This document shows, piece by piece, positions 1-9,015 of a stretch of DNA of 39,528 bases; position 1 is the first letter of the stretch, and each line of letters opens with the position of its first letter. Below the pieces are notes generated by a model. The model searched no databases. It saw only the letters and a list, made by a program, of their open reading frames with translations, and was not told where the DNA came from. The DNA is from Terriglobales bacterium. GTDB taxonomy: Bacteria; Zixibacteria; MSB-5A5; RBG-16-43-9. The translations under genes were made by a program, and so were the position numbers. The stretch spans positions 1 to 39,528 of the forward strand of contig DATKKH010000142.1 of assembly GCA_035543035.1 (NCBI GenBank), written 5' to 3'.

Positions 1-2
1 GA

Positions 3-890
3 GCTGGTTTTCGCATCTCAAGGGCTCAAAGGGCATTGGGTCACAAAAGCGATTTTGCAATTTTCCGTCCTTCTTTTTCTGGGTTTCCGGCTGATTTCAT
101 TTTGAAAGGTGATGAAGAAGAATGGTCCCGGGCTAAAAGATTTTCCTTCTTCTTTAAATGTCTGTGGAATTATGACATTTTCCATTTTCACGCAGAATCG
201 ATCTTCGCCGCAGAGTTTAAGGATATCCCCTTATTAAAAAAACTGGGCAAAAAGGTCGTATTTCATTTTCACGGAAGCGAAATCAGAGGTAAAAAGATGC
301 ATCCCCGGATTAAACTGGCTGATGCCAGGCTGGTTTCGACTCCGGATCTTCTGCAGGAGGTGCCAGATGGCATCTGGATACCCCAGCCAGTGGATCTGGA
401 ATTCTGGAAGCCTCGACCTTCTGCTCTGCCCAAAGAGAACCTGGTCTTGATCCATGCTCCTACCAGCAGAAAGATAAGCGGAACCGATTACATCATCTCC
501 GTAGTTGAAGATTTAAAAAAAGAAGGATACAAATTAGAGCTTCGGCTTATCGAGGGGATGCCTTACGAGAGCTTAAAAGAACTTTATCATCAGGGTGATA
601 TCTTCATCGACAAGATAATTCTGGGAATCTATGGAACTATTGCAGTAGAGGGGATGGCTCTTAAAAAGCCGGTTTGTGTTTTTATCGATGAGAAGCTTTT
701 AAATTCCTACCCGGCGGAGCTTCCGGTAATGAATACTAACCCGGACAACCTGAAGCAGAACCTCAGGAAACTAATCGAGGATGAAAGCTTAAGAAGAAAA
801 TTAGGCGAACAAGGAAGGGCATATGCAGAGAAATATCACGACGTCAGAAAAGTAGCTGAAAAATGCCTTTCCATCTATCAGGGCATTTGA
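3..890 (+). CDS. glycosyltransferase, GT1/GT4-like, 5' end cut by the window edge
   Basis: The frame is open from nt 3, with no stop upstream of the tool's TTG at 36, so the gene is partial. It has a GT-B style C-terminal region (...AVEGMALKKPVCVF...). The stop lies 1 nt before the next start. Confidence 0.55.
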   Translation, partial: AGFRISRAQRALGHKSDFAIFRPSFSGFPADFILKGDEEEWSRAKRFSFFFKCLWNYDIFHFHAESIFAAEFKDIPLLKKLGKKVVFHFHGSEIRGKKMHPRIKLADARLVSTPDLLQEVPDGIWIPQPVDLEFWKPRPSALPKENLVLIHAPTSRKISGTDYIISVVEDLKKEGYKLELRLIEGMPYESLKELYHQGDIFIDKIILGIYGTIAVEGMALKKPVCVFIDEKLLNSYPAELPVMNTNPDNLKQNLRKLIEDESLRRKLGEQGRAYAEKYHDVRKVAEKCLSIYQGI

Positions 891-891
891 G

Positions 892-2397
892 ATGTATAAA
901 ACCTTTAAGACCATAATAAAGCACACTGCTATTTACAGTACCTCGGACCTCTTAGCCAAGGCTGTGGGCTTTTTTCTTCTGCCGATTTATACCCGCTATT
1001 TAAGTCCGGCCGACTACGGTATCCTGGAGCTTCTGGCAGTAACTTTGAACATCATAATAATCCTGGTTCAGCAGGGGATGCAAACCTCTTTTTTCCGGGC
1101 TTATTCTTTTGATTATAAGGATAAGGCAGAGGAACAGAGGTCAGTGGTCAGTACCTCTTATTTGTATCTTCTCATCTCTTCTTTTTTTTTCCTGGGCGGA
1201 ATCTCTCTTTTTTCCAGGCCGATAAACAACCTTCTTTTTCAGTCTAAAGATTATACTCTTCTGGTTAGGCTGACTTTTTTGACCGGTTTTTTCAATACCC
1301 TGACCAATATCCCCTTTCAGCTTTTCAGGGCTAAGCTCCAGTCAGTCAGATTCAGTCTGGTCTCCATATTCAGATTCGTCTTAAACGTTTCATTCAATAT
1401 ATATTTCATTTTGAAACTAAAGTTAGGATTAAGCGGGGTGGTATATGGAAATCTGTGCACTGCCTTTCTGGTTTCCATACTGTTGTTCATCCTGGTCGGG
1501 AAAAATCTTTCCTTCAAGCTCTCCTGGTCAAAGTTAAAGGGGATGCTCAGCTATGGAATGCCTCTGGTGCCCGGAGCCCTCTCTTTCTGGGTTTTGACAG
1601 TTGCCGACCGGTATCTTCTGGAAAGGCTCTCCTCTACTACCGAGTTAGGCTTGTATTCTCTGGGAATTAGATTTTCAGGAATTCTGGAGTTCCTTCTAAT
1701 CCAGCCTTTTCTAACCACCTGGCCCTCGATCTATTTCCCCCTGGCACTAGAGAAGGATGCTAAGGCGACATTTTCTCGTTTGACCACTTATTTCCTTTTA
1801 ATCGGCTGTTTTTTCAGCCTGAGCATAATCGCCATATCTAATCCTGCCATTAAAGTTATGGCAGATCCTAAATTCTGGGTCGCTTACAAGGTCATACCTG
1901 TTTTGGTGCTGTCGACTCTGTTGTATGGTTTATTCAGCCTGCTGAACATCGGCATATTCATCCAGAATAAAACCAAATACAACCCACTTATTATTGGAAT
2001 CGCGGCAGTCTTTAATGTTCTGCTCAACTTTATCCTGATACCCCGCTACGGTATGCTGGGTGCGGCATTTTCCATATTTTTTTCCTATTTACTGATGAAT
2101 CTTCTTGCATATCTCATCAATCTCAGGATTTATCCCATATTTTACGAGGGGATTAGAATTCTGAAGATAATCGCGGTCACAGCCTTGTTCCTCCTGGTTT
2201 TCAGCCGCCTGCAGGTCAGCTCCTGGAAAAAGGAATTGCTCTTCAAAGCGATTATCCTTCTTTTTTTCCCTCTGGTTTTGTGGGCGACAGGTTTCTTTGC
2301 TCCGGGCGAGCTTAAGAAAGCGAAGGATTTTATTTTGGAGTTTCTCGAAAAGCTCGGGCTTGAAAAGGCTTACCGCTTAATTTTTAATAAGAGATGA
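892..2397 (+). CDS. wzx: Wzx-type oligosaccharide flippase (MOP/polysaccharide biosynthesis protein family)
   Basis: 501 aa, about 12-14 hydrophobic helices. The N-terminus (AIYSTSDLLAKAVGFFLLPIYTRYLSPADYG) is typical of PST flippases. The stop overlaps the next start (ATGA at 2394-2397). Confidence 0.8.
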   Translation: MYKTFKTIIKHTAIYSTSDLLAKAVGFFLLPIYTRYLSPADYGILELLAVTLNIIIILVQQGMQTSFFRAYSFDYKDKAEEQRSVVSTSYLYLLISSFFFLGGISLFSRPINNLLFQSKDYTLLVRLTFLTGFFNTLTNIPFQLFRAKLQSVRFSLVSIFRFVLNVSFNIYFILKLKLGLSGVVYGNLCTAFLVSILLFILVGKNLSFKLSWSKLKGMLSYGMPLVPGALSFWVLTVADRYLLERLSSTTELGLYSLGIRFSGILEFLLIQPFLTTWPSIYFPLALEKDAKATFSRLTTYFLLIGCFFSLSIIAISNPAIKVMADPKFWVAYKVIPVLVLSTLLYGLFSLLNIGIFIQNKTKYNPLIIGIAAVFNVLLNFILIPRYGMLGAAFSIFFSYLLMNLLAYLINLRIYPIFYEGIRILKIIAVTALFLLVFSRLQVSSWKKELLFKAIILLFFPLVLWATGFFAPGELKKAKDFILEFLEKLGLEKAYRLIFNKR

Positions 2398-3761
2398 AAA
2401 AAAAAGTTTTAATCATTGCCTATAATTTCCCGCCCTTGGGAGGAGGCGGTGTTCAGAGAACACTTAAGTTCTCCAGATACCTCCCCTTATTCAGCTGGGA
2501 ACCAACAGTCCTCACGGTATCTAACCCTTACGCTCCTCTTTGGGATTATTCCCTGGTAAAAGAGCTTCCGACTGATTTGCAAGTATTCAAGGCTCCAGCT
2601 TTCGAGCTTTCCAGATGGGAAAACAGGTTTTTCTCTTTATTCAAAGCTGGCAGTAAATCAGGAACAGAAAAAAAGGAGAAAGGTTCTCATATTCCTCTTG
2701 AGGTGGAACCCTCCCCTTCTAATCTAAGAGCCAATCTTAAGAAGATTTACGGATTTCTTACTTTCTGGTTGAGGGTTCCAGACGACCAAGTCGGCTGGGT
2801 TCCAGCAGCGATTCTGGAAGGTCTTTCCCTGCTCAGATCAAAAAAAATCGATCTTATCTATACTACTTCTCCCCCTCACTCCTCTCAATTGATCGGGCTT
2901 TTCCTAAGTAAGTTATCCGGCAAGCCCTGGGTGGCAGATTTCCGGGATGACTGGTTAGAGGATGAGCAAAGGATCAGCCATTACCCCGGTTTCTACTTGA
3001 AAATGGAAAAAAAACTGGGTGAAAGATTAATTAACAGCACCTCCTGCATGATTGCCAACACCGAATTTAAAAAGGAAGTCTACGATAGAAATTATCCCCA
3101 GGCAAAGAGGATAGAGGTTATTCAGAACGGCTTCGATGCCGAAGATTTAATGAAAGCAGGACAGAACCAGGATAAATGGCAGGATGGCAAGTTTCACCTG
3201 TGCCACACGGGTTATTTTTACCCGGGAATCGCGCTTCCTTTTTTCGAGACGCTCAAAGAATTCCTGCTGGAGCATCCGGAACTAAGAGGAAAAATCCAGA
3301 TAGACCTGGTAGGCTATTTGGAAAAAGAGTATCAGGATGCGATAACGAAGAACCAGCTTGGGGACGTTATCAAACTCTGGGGATATGTGGAGCATCTGTC
3401 ATCCATAAATTTCCTGTTGAAAAGTCACTTGCTTCTTCACCTGATTGGCTCGGACGGTGAGTTCTGGAAAGGTGTTGTTGCAGGGAAGCTGTATGAATAT
3501 TTAGCCAGCGGAAAACCGATCTTATCCTTTGCTCCTGGTGGTGGGGAGAGCGAAAAGATGATCCAGCAGGCGAAATCCGGCTGGGTGCTGGATTTGAATA
3601 ACAGGACCGGGATCAAACGAAAATTGAAAGAACTCTATGAGCTATTCTTGAAAGGCGAACTGAAGGTCGAGCAGAATAAATCCTACGTTGAGGGATTTGA
3701 AAGGAAAAATCTGACCCGAAAACTCAGCCTGGTTTTTGATGATTGTCTGGCTAATAAGTAG
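2394..3761 (+). CDS. glycosyltransferase, GT4-like
   Basis: N-terminus is KVLIIAYNFPPLGGGGVQR. C-terminal GKLYEYLASGKPILSF is a GT-B donor-binding motif. Confidence 0.7.
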   Translation: MKKKVLIIAYNFPPLGGGGVQRTLKFSRYLPLFSWEPTVLTVSNPYAPLWDYSLVKELPTDLQVFKAPAFELSRWENRFFSLFKAGSKSGTEKKEKGSHIPLEVEPSPSNLRANLKKIYGFLTFWLRVPDDQVGWVPAAILEGLSLLRSKKIDLIYTTSPPHSSQLIGLFLSKLSGKPWVADFRDDWLEDEQRISHYPGFYLKMEKKLGERLINSTSCMIANTEFKKEVYDRNYPQAKRIEVIQNGFDAEDLMKAGQNQDKWQDGKFHLCHTGYFYPGIALPFFETLKEFLLEHPELRGKIQIDLVGYLEKEYQDAITKNQLGDVIKLWGYVEHLSSINFLLKSHLLLHLIGSDGEFWKGVVAGKLYEYLASGKPILSFAPGGGESEKMIQQAKSGWVLDLNNRTGIKRKLKELYELFLKGELKVEQNKSYVEGFERKNLTRKLSLVFDDCLANK

Positions 3762-3767
3762 GCAGAT

Positions 3768-4802
3768 ATGCTGAAGACATTTTTTAAAAAGATAATCAAA
3801 TCCATTCTGGTGAAATTGAATCTCATTCGCCTTTTTTACCTTTTCGCACCTCAGGGGAGATTGGTTATCCTTAACTACCACCGGATTAGCGAGAAGCAGG
3901 AAGAAAAATCTTTAAGCGCTTTTGAGATAGGAGTCACCCGTGAGAAATTTGAAAAGGAGATGAGATATCTCAATAGGAACTTCTCGATCATCCCCTTTTC
4001 AAGCGCAATCAAGCTTTTGAAAAACGGGGGCGATTGGCCCAGGCTCCCGGTGGTAATAAGTTTCGATGACGGTTATAGAGATATCTACCTTAATGCTTTT
4101 CCCGTCCTGGAGAAATTTAACCTGCCCGCCATTGTTTTTATCTCCACCCGTATGGTGGAAAAAGGAGACCCTTTCTGGTGGGATGAGTTGGAGAGTCTGA
4201 TTGAGCACAACCACCTGGAGGAGATTAAACTGGCTCTGAAAAACTGCTCTTCCCCGGAATATGATCTGGACCTGGGGAAGGTTGTTGCGATACAGGATAA
4301 AAGAGTTTTCCTTGAGAACTTAATCGAGCAGATTAAAAAGATCAAAGGCAGGTATCGGGATGAGCTGTTGACTAAACTCAGACCCCTTTTGAAATCGGAA
4401 AAAGAGGTAAAAAGAGAAGTCCTATCCTGGGATGAGATCAAAAAGCTGAGAAAAAACCGGATCGAGTTCGGCTCTCACACCCATAATCATTATCTGCTGA
4501 CTTTTGAGGATCAGAAGACGATTATCGAAGAGCTGAAAATCTCCAGGCAGAAACTGGAGGAGAACCTGGCAGAGAAAATCGAATTTTTATCTTACCCCAG
4601 CGGTCTGTCTAATCCGGAGATAGAAAAATCAGCTAAGGAATTCGGGTATAAGGCAGGCTGTTCGAATTCTTATGGTTTTAATCACAAAGGAACAGATTTT
4701 TTTTACTTGAAGCGTTTGAGCTTGGAAGAATCCCAGAGCTTGGATGATTTCAAAATCTCCCTGGGCAGGCTTTTTGGTGCTTTGCCTTTTTTAAAAGATT
4801 AA
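3768..4802 (+). CDS. polysaccharide deacetylase (NodB/CE4 domain) with N-terminal membrane anchor
   Basis: NodB motifs are present: VISFDDGYRD, FGSHTHNHYLL, LSYPSG. The N-terminus is hydrophobic. Confidence 0.8.
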   Translation: MLKTFFKKIIKSILVKLNLIRLFYLFAPQGRLVILNYHRISEKQEEKSLSAFEIGVTREKFEKEMRYLNRNFSIIPFSSAIKLLKNGGDWPRLPVVISFDDGYRDIYLNAFPVLEKFNLPAIVFISTRMVEKGDPFWWDELESLIEHNHLEEIKLALKNCSSPEYDLDLGKVVAIQDKRVFLENLIEQIKKIKGRYRDELLTKLRPLLKSEKEVKREVLSWDEIKKLRKNRIEFGSHTHNHYLLTFEDQKTIIEELKISRQKLEENLAEKIEFLSYPSGLSNPEIEKSAKEFGYKAGCSNSYGFNHKGTDFFYLKRLSLEESQSLDDFKISLGRLFGALPFLKD

Positions 4803-4803
4803 G

Positions 4804-6006
4804 ATGAGCAAAGAAGCAACTGAGATTTCCGTGGATAAGCATAAGCTCTGCTTGAAGAAGATTAATTCCACCCAGGAATTTAGAGAGTTAAAGGACAAAT
4901 GGGATTCATTCCTGGAACAAAGCTCCAGTCCTAATATTTTTCTAACCTGGGAATGGCTTTTCACCTGGTGGGAACTATATTCAAAAGGCTACCAGCTTTT
5001 CGTGCTTCTGGCTTTGGATCAGAATGAAAATATCTTGGGAATTGTCCCGCTTTGCCTGACCCGATTAGGCCCGCTCAGATTAAAGGTCCTGAAATTCCTT
5101 GGAACCAAGGAGGTTTGCTCGGACCATCTTGACTTCATTCTCAGGAAAGGCAGTGAAAAAGAGACGTTCAATCTTTTCTTAGACTATCTTGAGGAAAACC
5201 CGAAGGAATGGGACCTGTTGGATTTAACCGATTTTCGTGAAGGCTCTTCTGGTTTAGCTCAGATTCAGACTTGGGCTGAAAAAAACAGATTCGGCTTTTC
5301 TATCAACCTCTGGACAGTCTGCCCCTATGCGATTCTGACTAACGAGTGGGAAAATTTTCTTGGCGGGCTTTCAGCCAATTCCCGAAAAGACATCAGGCGT
5401 CAGCTCAGGTTGATGGAAGAGTCAGGCAAAATCAGATTTTCTTCAGTAAAAGACAGAGACGAGGTAATGCTTAGAATGGATGACCTTTTCAGACTGCACA
5501 GCAAGAGATGGAGCGCCTTAGGTGAAATGGGGGTTTTTCAAAGAGAAAGATTCAACCGATTCCACAAAAAGATAGCTGAGCTTTTTTTTGAAAAGGGCTG
5601 GCTTTCAGTTTCCTACCTGGCAAATGAGGAGAATATTTTTGCCATTTATTACAATTTCCAGTATCTGAACAAAATCTATGCTTATCAGTCAGGCATAGAC
5701 CCGGATTGGGAGAATTTCAGCCCGGGGACCGTAGCCCTGGCTCTTACAATCCGGGAAGCCATTTTTCAGGGGTTCAGGGAATTCGATTTCTTAAGGGGAG
5801 ATGCTTCTTACAAATACAAGTGGACTGAAAAAGAAAGAAAAAATCAGCAGGTTTTAGTTTGGAACAAAAATTTCAGGTCCTTGATCTATAAAAATTTTCT
5901 TTCCTTACTGGAGAAATCCAAGAACCTGGCTAAAAGATATCTGCCTGACTTCGTAATAAAAGTATTGAAATATTTTTGGCAAAAAGCTGGTTTTGCAGGT
6001 GAATGA
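4804..6006 (+). CDS. GNAT-fold acyltransferase, CelD/BioF2-like (FemAB-related Acetyltransf_6 type)
   Basis: 400 aa. It has FLTWEWLFTWWELY near the N-terminus and C-terminal FDFLRGDASYKYKWT, both typical of CelD-like GNAT proteins in EPS loci. Confidence 0.65.
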   Translation: MSKEATEISVDKHKLCLKKINSTQEFRELKDKWDSFLEQSSSPNIFLTWEWLFTWWELYSKGYQLFVLLALDQNENILGIVPLCLTRLGPLRLKVLKFLGTKEVCSDHLDFILRKGSEKETFNLFLDYLEENPKEWDLLDLTDFREGSSGLAQIQTWAEKNRFGFSINLWTVCPYAILTNEWENFLGGLSANSRKDIRRQLRLMEESGKIRFSSVKDRDEVMLRMDDLFRLHSKRWSALGEMGVFQRERFNRFHKKIAELFFEKGWLSVSYLANEENIFAIYYNFQYLNKIYAYQSGIDPDWENFSPGTVALALTIREAIFQGFREFDFLRGDASYKYKWTEKERKNQQVLVWNKNFRSLIYKNFLSLLEKSKNLAKRYLPDFVIKVLKYFWQKAGFAGE

Positions 6007-6244
6007 GAAGCATTTGAAAAGAGAATTATATTGAAGGATTTTTGTTGTTGCTCATATTTTGACGAAATCGCTGAACCGGTTATGTCACAGAAGGTTAGAT
6101 AAGCTGAAAGGTTACCTTAGTCCATTTTGTGCAGAAATTGAGCAGCTTAGAACGTTGATACGCGGTTGACTATGCTGTGTCTGAATAACTTATGAAATGG
6201 CATACACTTTGCATACAAGAATATTATTCATCAGGAGGAAAAGC

Positions 6245-8809
6245 ATGCTAAGAAAAAAGCGTTGTCTCTTGTCATTTGTTTTAATTATATTTTTTCTTTT
6301 TAGTTTGAATGCTTTTGCCAAAGGACCTACCCACCCCTCAGTCAATACTTTTTCCCATAGTGCTCCTGGTCAGTACGATGTTCCGGATTCCTGGACTCAG
6401 TGGCTGAACCTGCATACGGACTGGGCTACTTCGGGACCACCTTGGTATTTCCCATATTTCAACCGAAACCAGCCGGTGGGTGATTATTATAATGTCCACC
6501 ATCAGGAGCCCGGAGCAGAGGATTATAATAGCCTGGTTCAGTGGTTCACCGGCAAGGGATACAGAAAAGAAACTGCCTTTGCTCACTGGAAAGTAAATAC
6601 TACCCAGAGTTATGACGGCGAGACCAGGCTGATCCCGGGATGGGATCCGGCCAACGATGCCAATGGAGACGGGATAAGGGACTACCCGGCAGATTACGGC
6701 TACATAGGCCAGTTCACCGTGGGCACCAACTGGATCCGTCATTCGGGTAAGAACTGGACCGCCAATACCTGGCAGAACGACTATGTAAAATTAGGCTGGT
6801 GGGACGACCCGGATACGGTCTCCTTTACAGTTACCAGAAACAGCCGGGATACGATCTTCGTCAACGGAACTATCCCCTCACATACTTATTATTTCTACAT
6901 AGTTGACGACCGTTCTGCCCCTGACCATAATGCAGTTGCCATGTCGGACAGCTTGGCCCATATCTGCGTTTATTACTGGACCCAGATAGCGGTGAATATA
7001 ACCCATCCGGAGGTGAAAAAATGGACTGGACACTATTGCGCTGAAAGGATGCGAAGCTGGAGAAGCTCCTATTCTGGCCCGGTAGCCGTGTTCCACGATA
7101 ACATCTGGGATATGATCCCGACCGAGATGTTAGGAAGAGCACTTTACCAAAACGTCCCTACTTATGGCGGGGTGATGTTAGAGGCTATGCAAAGTAATCT
7201 TGATTTCTCCAACAATTTTAAGGATTGTCTGAAATCGATAAAAGATAGCCTTACCGCATTCGTGTCCGGACAGACTTACCTGATAGGAAATGTGGGCAAC
7301 TACTCCAGCGAGTCTTTTGATACCCTTTTAAGAAGGTGTGATGGCGTTTGGTATGAGAGGTGGACCGGCATTGACCAGCCCCTGGGAACTTTTGAAGAAC
7401 ATAAAGCCGCAGTGGAAAGACACCAGGCTATGGGCAAGTATACATTCTTAAATATGTGCGGAGATGGGGACCTGATAGGATTGGGCGACCGGGACAAGAA
7501 CTTTTCCCTCGCAAGCTACTACATAACTTATGATGATAAAAGCTATTATCTTTTCGACACCAGCCCCAGTTACGGAGTAAAGTTAGCTGACACTACGAAC
7601 TGGTGGTACGGTTCCATTAGTGCGGACCTGGGAACACCTGTGGCTGCGGCTTATACCCTCGCTTCAGGATATATCTGGAGAAGAGATTTTACCAAAGGGG
7701 CGGTCTTGTTTAAGCCCAGACCGGATGGCGGCTCCAATTACACTGATAGCACTTTGGTAAGTTTGGGGGGATATTATTACCGTTTGGATACAGGGGGAAA
7801 AAAGTCTCCGTCTGACTCTTTGAACCGGGTCTATGTGAAGAATGCCGAGGGAGTCATTCTGATAAAGACCAGTTCCCAGAGCCAGACCCAGCTTGATCCT
7901 CCCCTGCCTCTTTCTCCTACAAACGGCTCTACTGTGGATACTACCCAGCCGACCCTGATCATACAAAATGTCCAGGATTCAGCCGGCAGGCCCATACTAT
8001 ATTATTTTGAGCTGGACACAGCCACTCAGTTTGCTTCACAGAAAAAAAAGGAATCAACCCCTTTTGAGTTGGAAGCGGGTCAGGACAGTACAACCCGCTG
8101 GACTGTCCCGACTCCGCTCTCCTCTGGAGTTTATTACTGGAGAAGCCGGGCTTATACTAATACTTATCCCAGCGACACCAGCCAGCCTACTCCAGTTTAT
8201 CATTTCCAGCTCTCCACCAGCGTAGGGGATTCGATATATACTCTTTTTCTCCCTTCCCCGGTTGGTGATGAGCAGGTGGTTACTCTTAGACCAACTCTCA
8301 ATGCCCAATTCATCCATAATGGTTTTGATCGGAGCCAGATCCGGGTAAAATTTCTGGTAGGCGAGGATCCTTCATTTAATCCTGGCAGGACAATCTTCTC
8401 TCCTTACATCGATATACCGGATAACCTCACGCTATTCTGGACCCTGGACCGGGATTTACAGGAGGGCAGAAGATATTTATGGAGGGTAAACGTTTATGAT
8501 CAGGATGTCTTGGTTGCAGCCAGCGATCCCGCCTCTTTTTTGACTGGCTCAATCCACGTTTTCCCTAATCCGTTCAAGCCTTCAGCGGGCGATAATTCTA
8601 TAACCTTCAGGAATATCCCTCTCTATTCAAAGATACAGATTACGACCTTATCCGGAGAGTTAGTTCGGGAGCTTACCGGTAACTCTTCGACCGACGTGGT
8701 CTGGGATGCAAAGAATAAGGAGGGCAGGGACTTAGCCTCAGGGGTTTATTATTACCGGGTCGATTTCCAGTCCGGCAGCTCTACTGGAAAGTTAGCTATA
8801 ATCCGATAA
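6245..8809 (+). CDS. secreted multidomain protein: possible TIM-barrel glycoside-hydrolase-like N-domain, two tandem beta-sandwich repeats, FlgD-Ig/T9SS-type C-terminal domain
   Basis: I prefer the ATG at 6245, which has AGGAGG 6 nt upstream and gives the signal peptide MLRKKRCLLSFVLIIFFLFSLNAFA/KG. There is a DxNxDGxxD Ca-loop (DANGDGIRD). The C-terminus (FPNPFKPS...ASGVYYYRV...KLAIIR) matches the FlgD-Ig/Por-secretion-tail pattern. Confidence 0.75.
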   Translation: MLRKKRCLLSFVLIIFFLFSLNAFAKGPTHPSVNTFSHSAPGQYDVPDSWTQWLNLHTDWATSGPPWYFPYFNRNQPVGDYYNVHHQEPGAEDYNSLVQWFTGKGYRKETAFAHWKVNTTQSYDGETRLIPGWDPANDANGDGIRDYPADYGYIGQFTVGTNWIRHSGKNWTANTWQNDYVKLGWWDDPDTVSFTVTRNSRDTIFVNGTIPSHTYYFYIVDDRSAPDHNAVAMSDSLAHICVYYWTQIAVNITHPEVKKWTGHYCAERMRSWRSSYSGPVAVFHDNIWDMIPTEMLGRALYQNVPTYGGVMLEAMQSNLDFSNNFKDCLKSIKDSLTAFVSGQTYLIGNVGNYSSESFDTLLRRCDGVWYERWTGIDQPLGTFEEHKAAVERHQAMGKYTFLNMCGDGDLIGLGDRDKNFSLASYYITYDDKSYYLFDTSPSYGVKLADTTNWWYGSISADLGTPVAAAYTLASGYIWRRDFTKGAVLFKPRPDGGSNYTDSTLVSLGGYYYRLDTGGKKSPSDSLNRVYVKNAEGVILIKTSSQSQTQLDPPLPLSPTNGSTVDTTQPTLIIQNVQDSAGRPILYYFELDTATQFASQKKKESTPFELEAGQDSTTRWTVPTPLSSGVYYWRSRAYTNTYPSDTSQPTPVYHFQLSTSVGDSIYTLFLPSPVGDEQVVTLRPTLNAQFIHNGFDRSQIRVKFLVGEDPSFNPGRTIFSPYIDIPDNLTLFWTLDRDLQEGRRYLWRVNVYDQDVLVAASDPASFLTGSIHVFPNPFKPSAGDNSITFRNIPLYSKIQITTLSGELVRELTGNSSTDVVWDAKNKEGRDLASGVYYYRVDFQSGSSTGKLAIIR

Positions 8810-8938
8810 AAATCATAGCAATACGAAATTAAAACTTTGTCGGTCAGTCATCCTTACCAAAGTGAGGGTGTGCAATTCCTTTGTGAATTAATCTTGAGGA
8901 AATGTCTGACTACCTGACTTCTGTTTTTATTCATTTTT

Positions 8939-8992
8939 GGTTCGATAAATCGAACCCCAACTACTTCAAATTGTAGGGGCTTGATTTATCAA
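8939..8992. repeat. cluster of small hairpins / REP-like palindromes downstream of the secreted-protein gene
   Basis: GGTTCGATAAATCGAACC (8939-8956) is a palindrome. CCCCAACTAC...GTAGGGG (8955-8979) is an imperfect hairpin. TTGATTTATCAA lies at 8981-8992. The 12-mer TCGATAAATCGA is the reverse complement of TCGATTTATCGA at 25234-25245. Confidence 0.5.
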
Positions 8993-9015
8993 ACTCTTTA
9001 CACTATTTTGTTTAT

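Noticed and set aside
2397-2405. Homopolymer tracts as phase-variation switches: A9 right after the GT start codon at 2397-2405, T9 in wzx at 1182-1190, and several A8 runs.
   Set aside because: A/T runs of 8-9 nt are frequent throughout this AT-rich sequence (Lys and Phe codons). With a single sequence there is no length-polymorphism evidence, so I did not elevate this to a finding. It could be revisited with read-level data.
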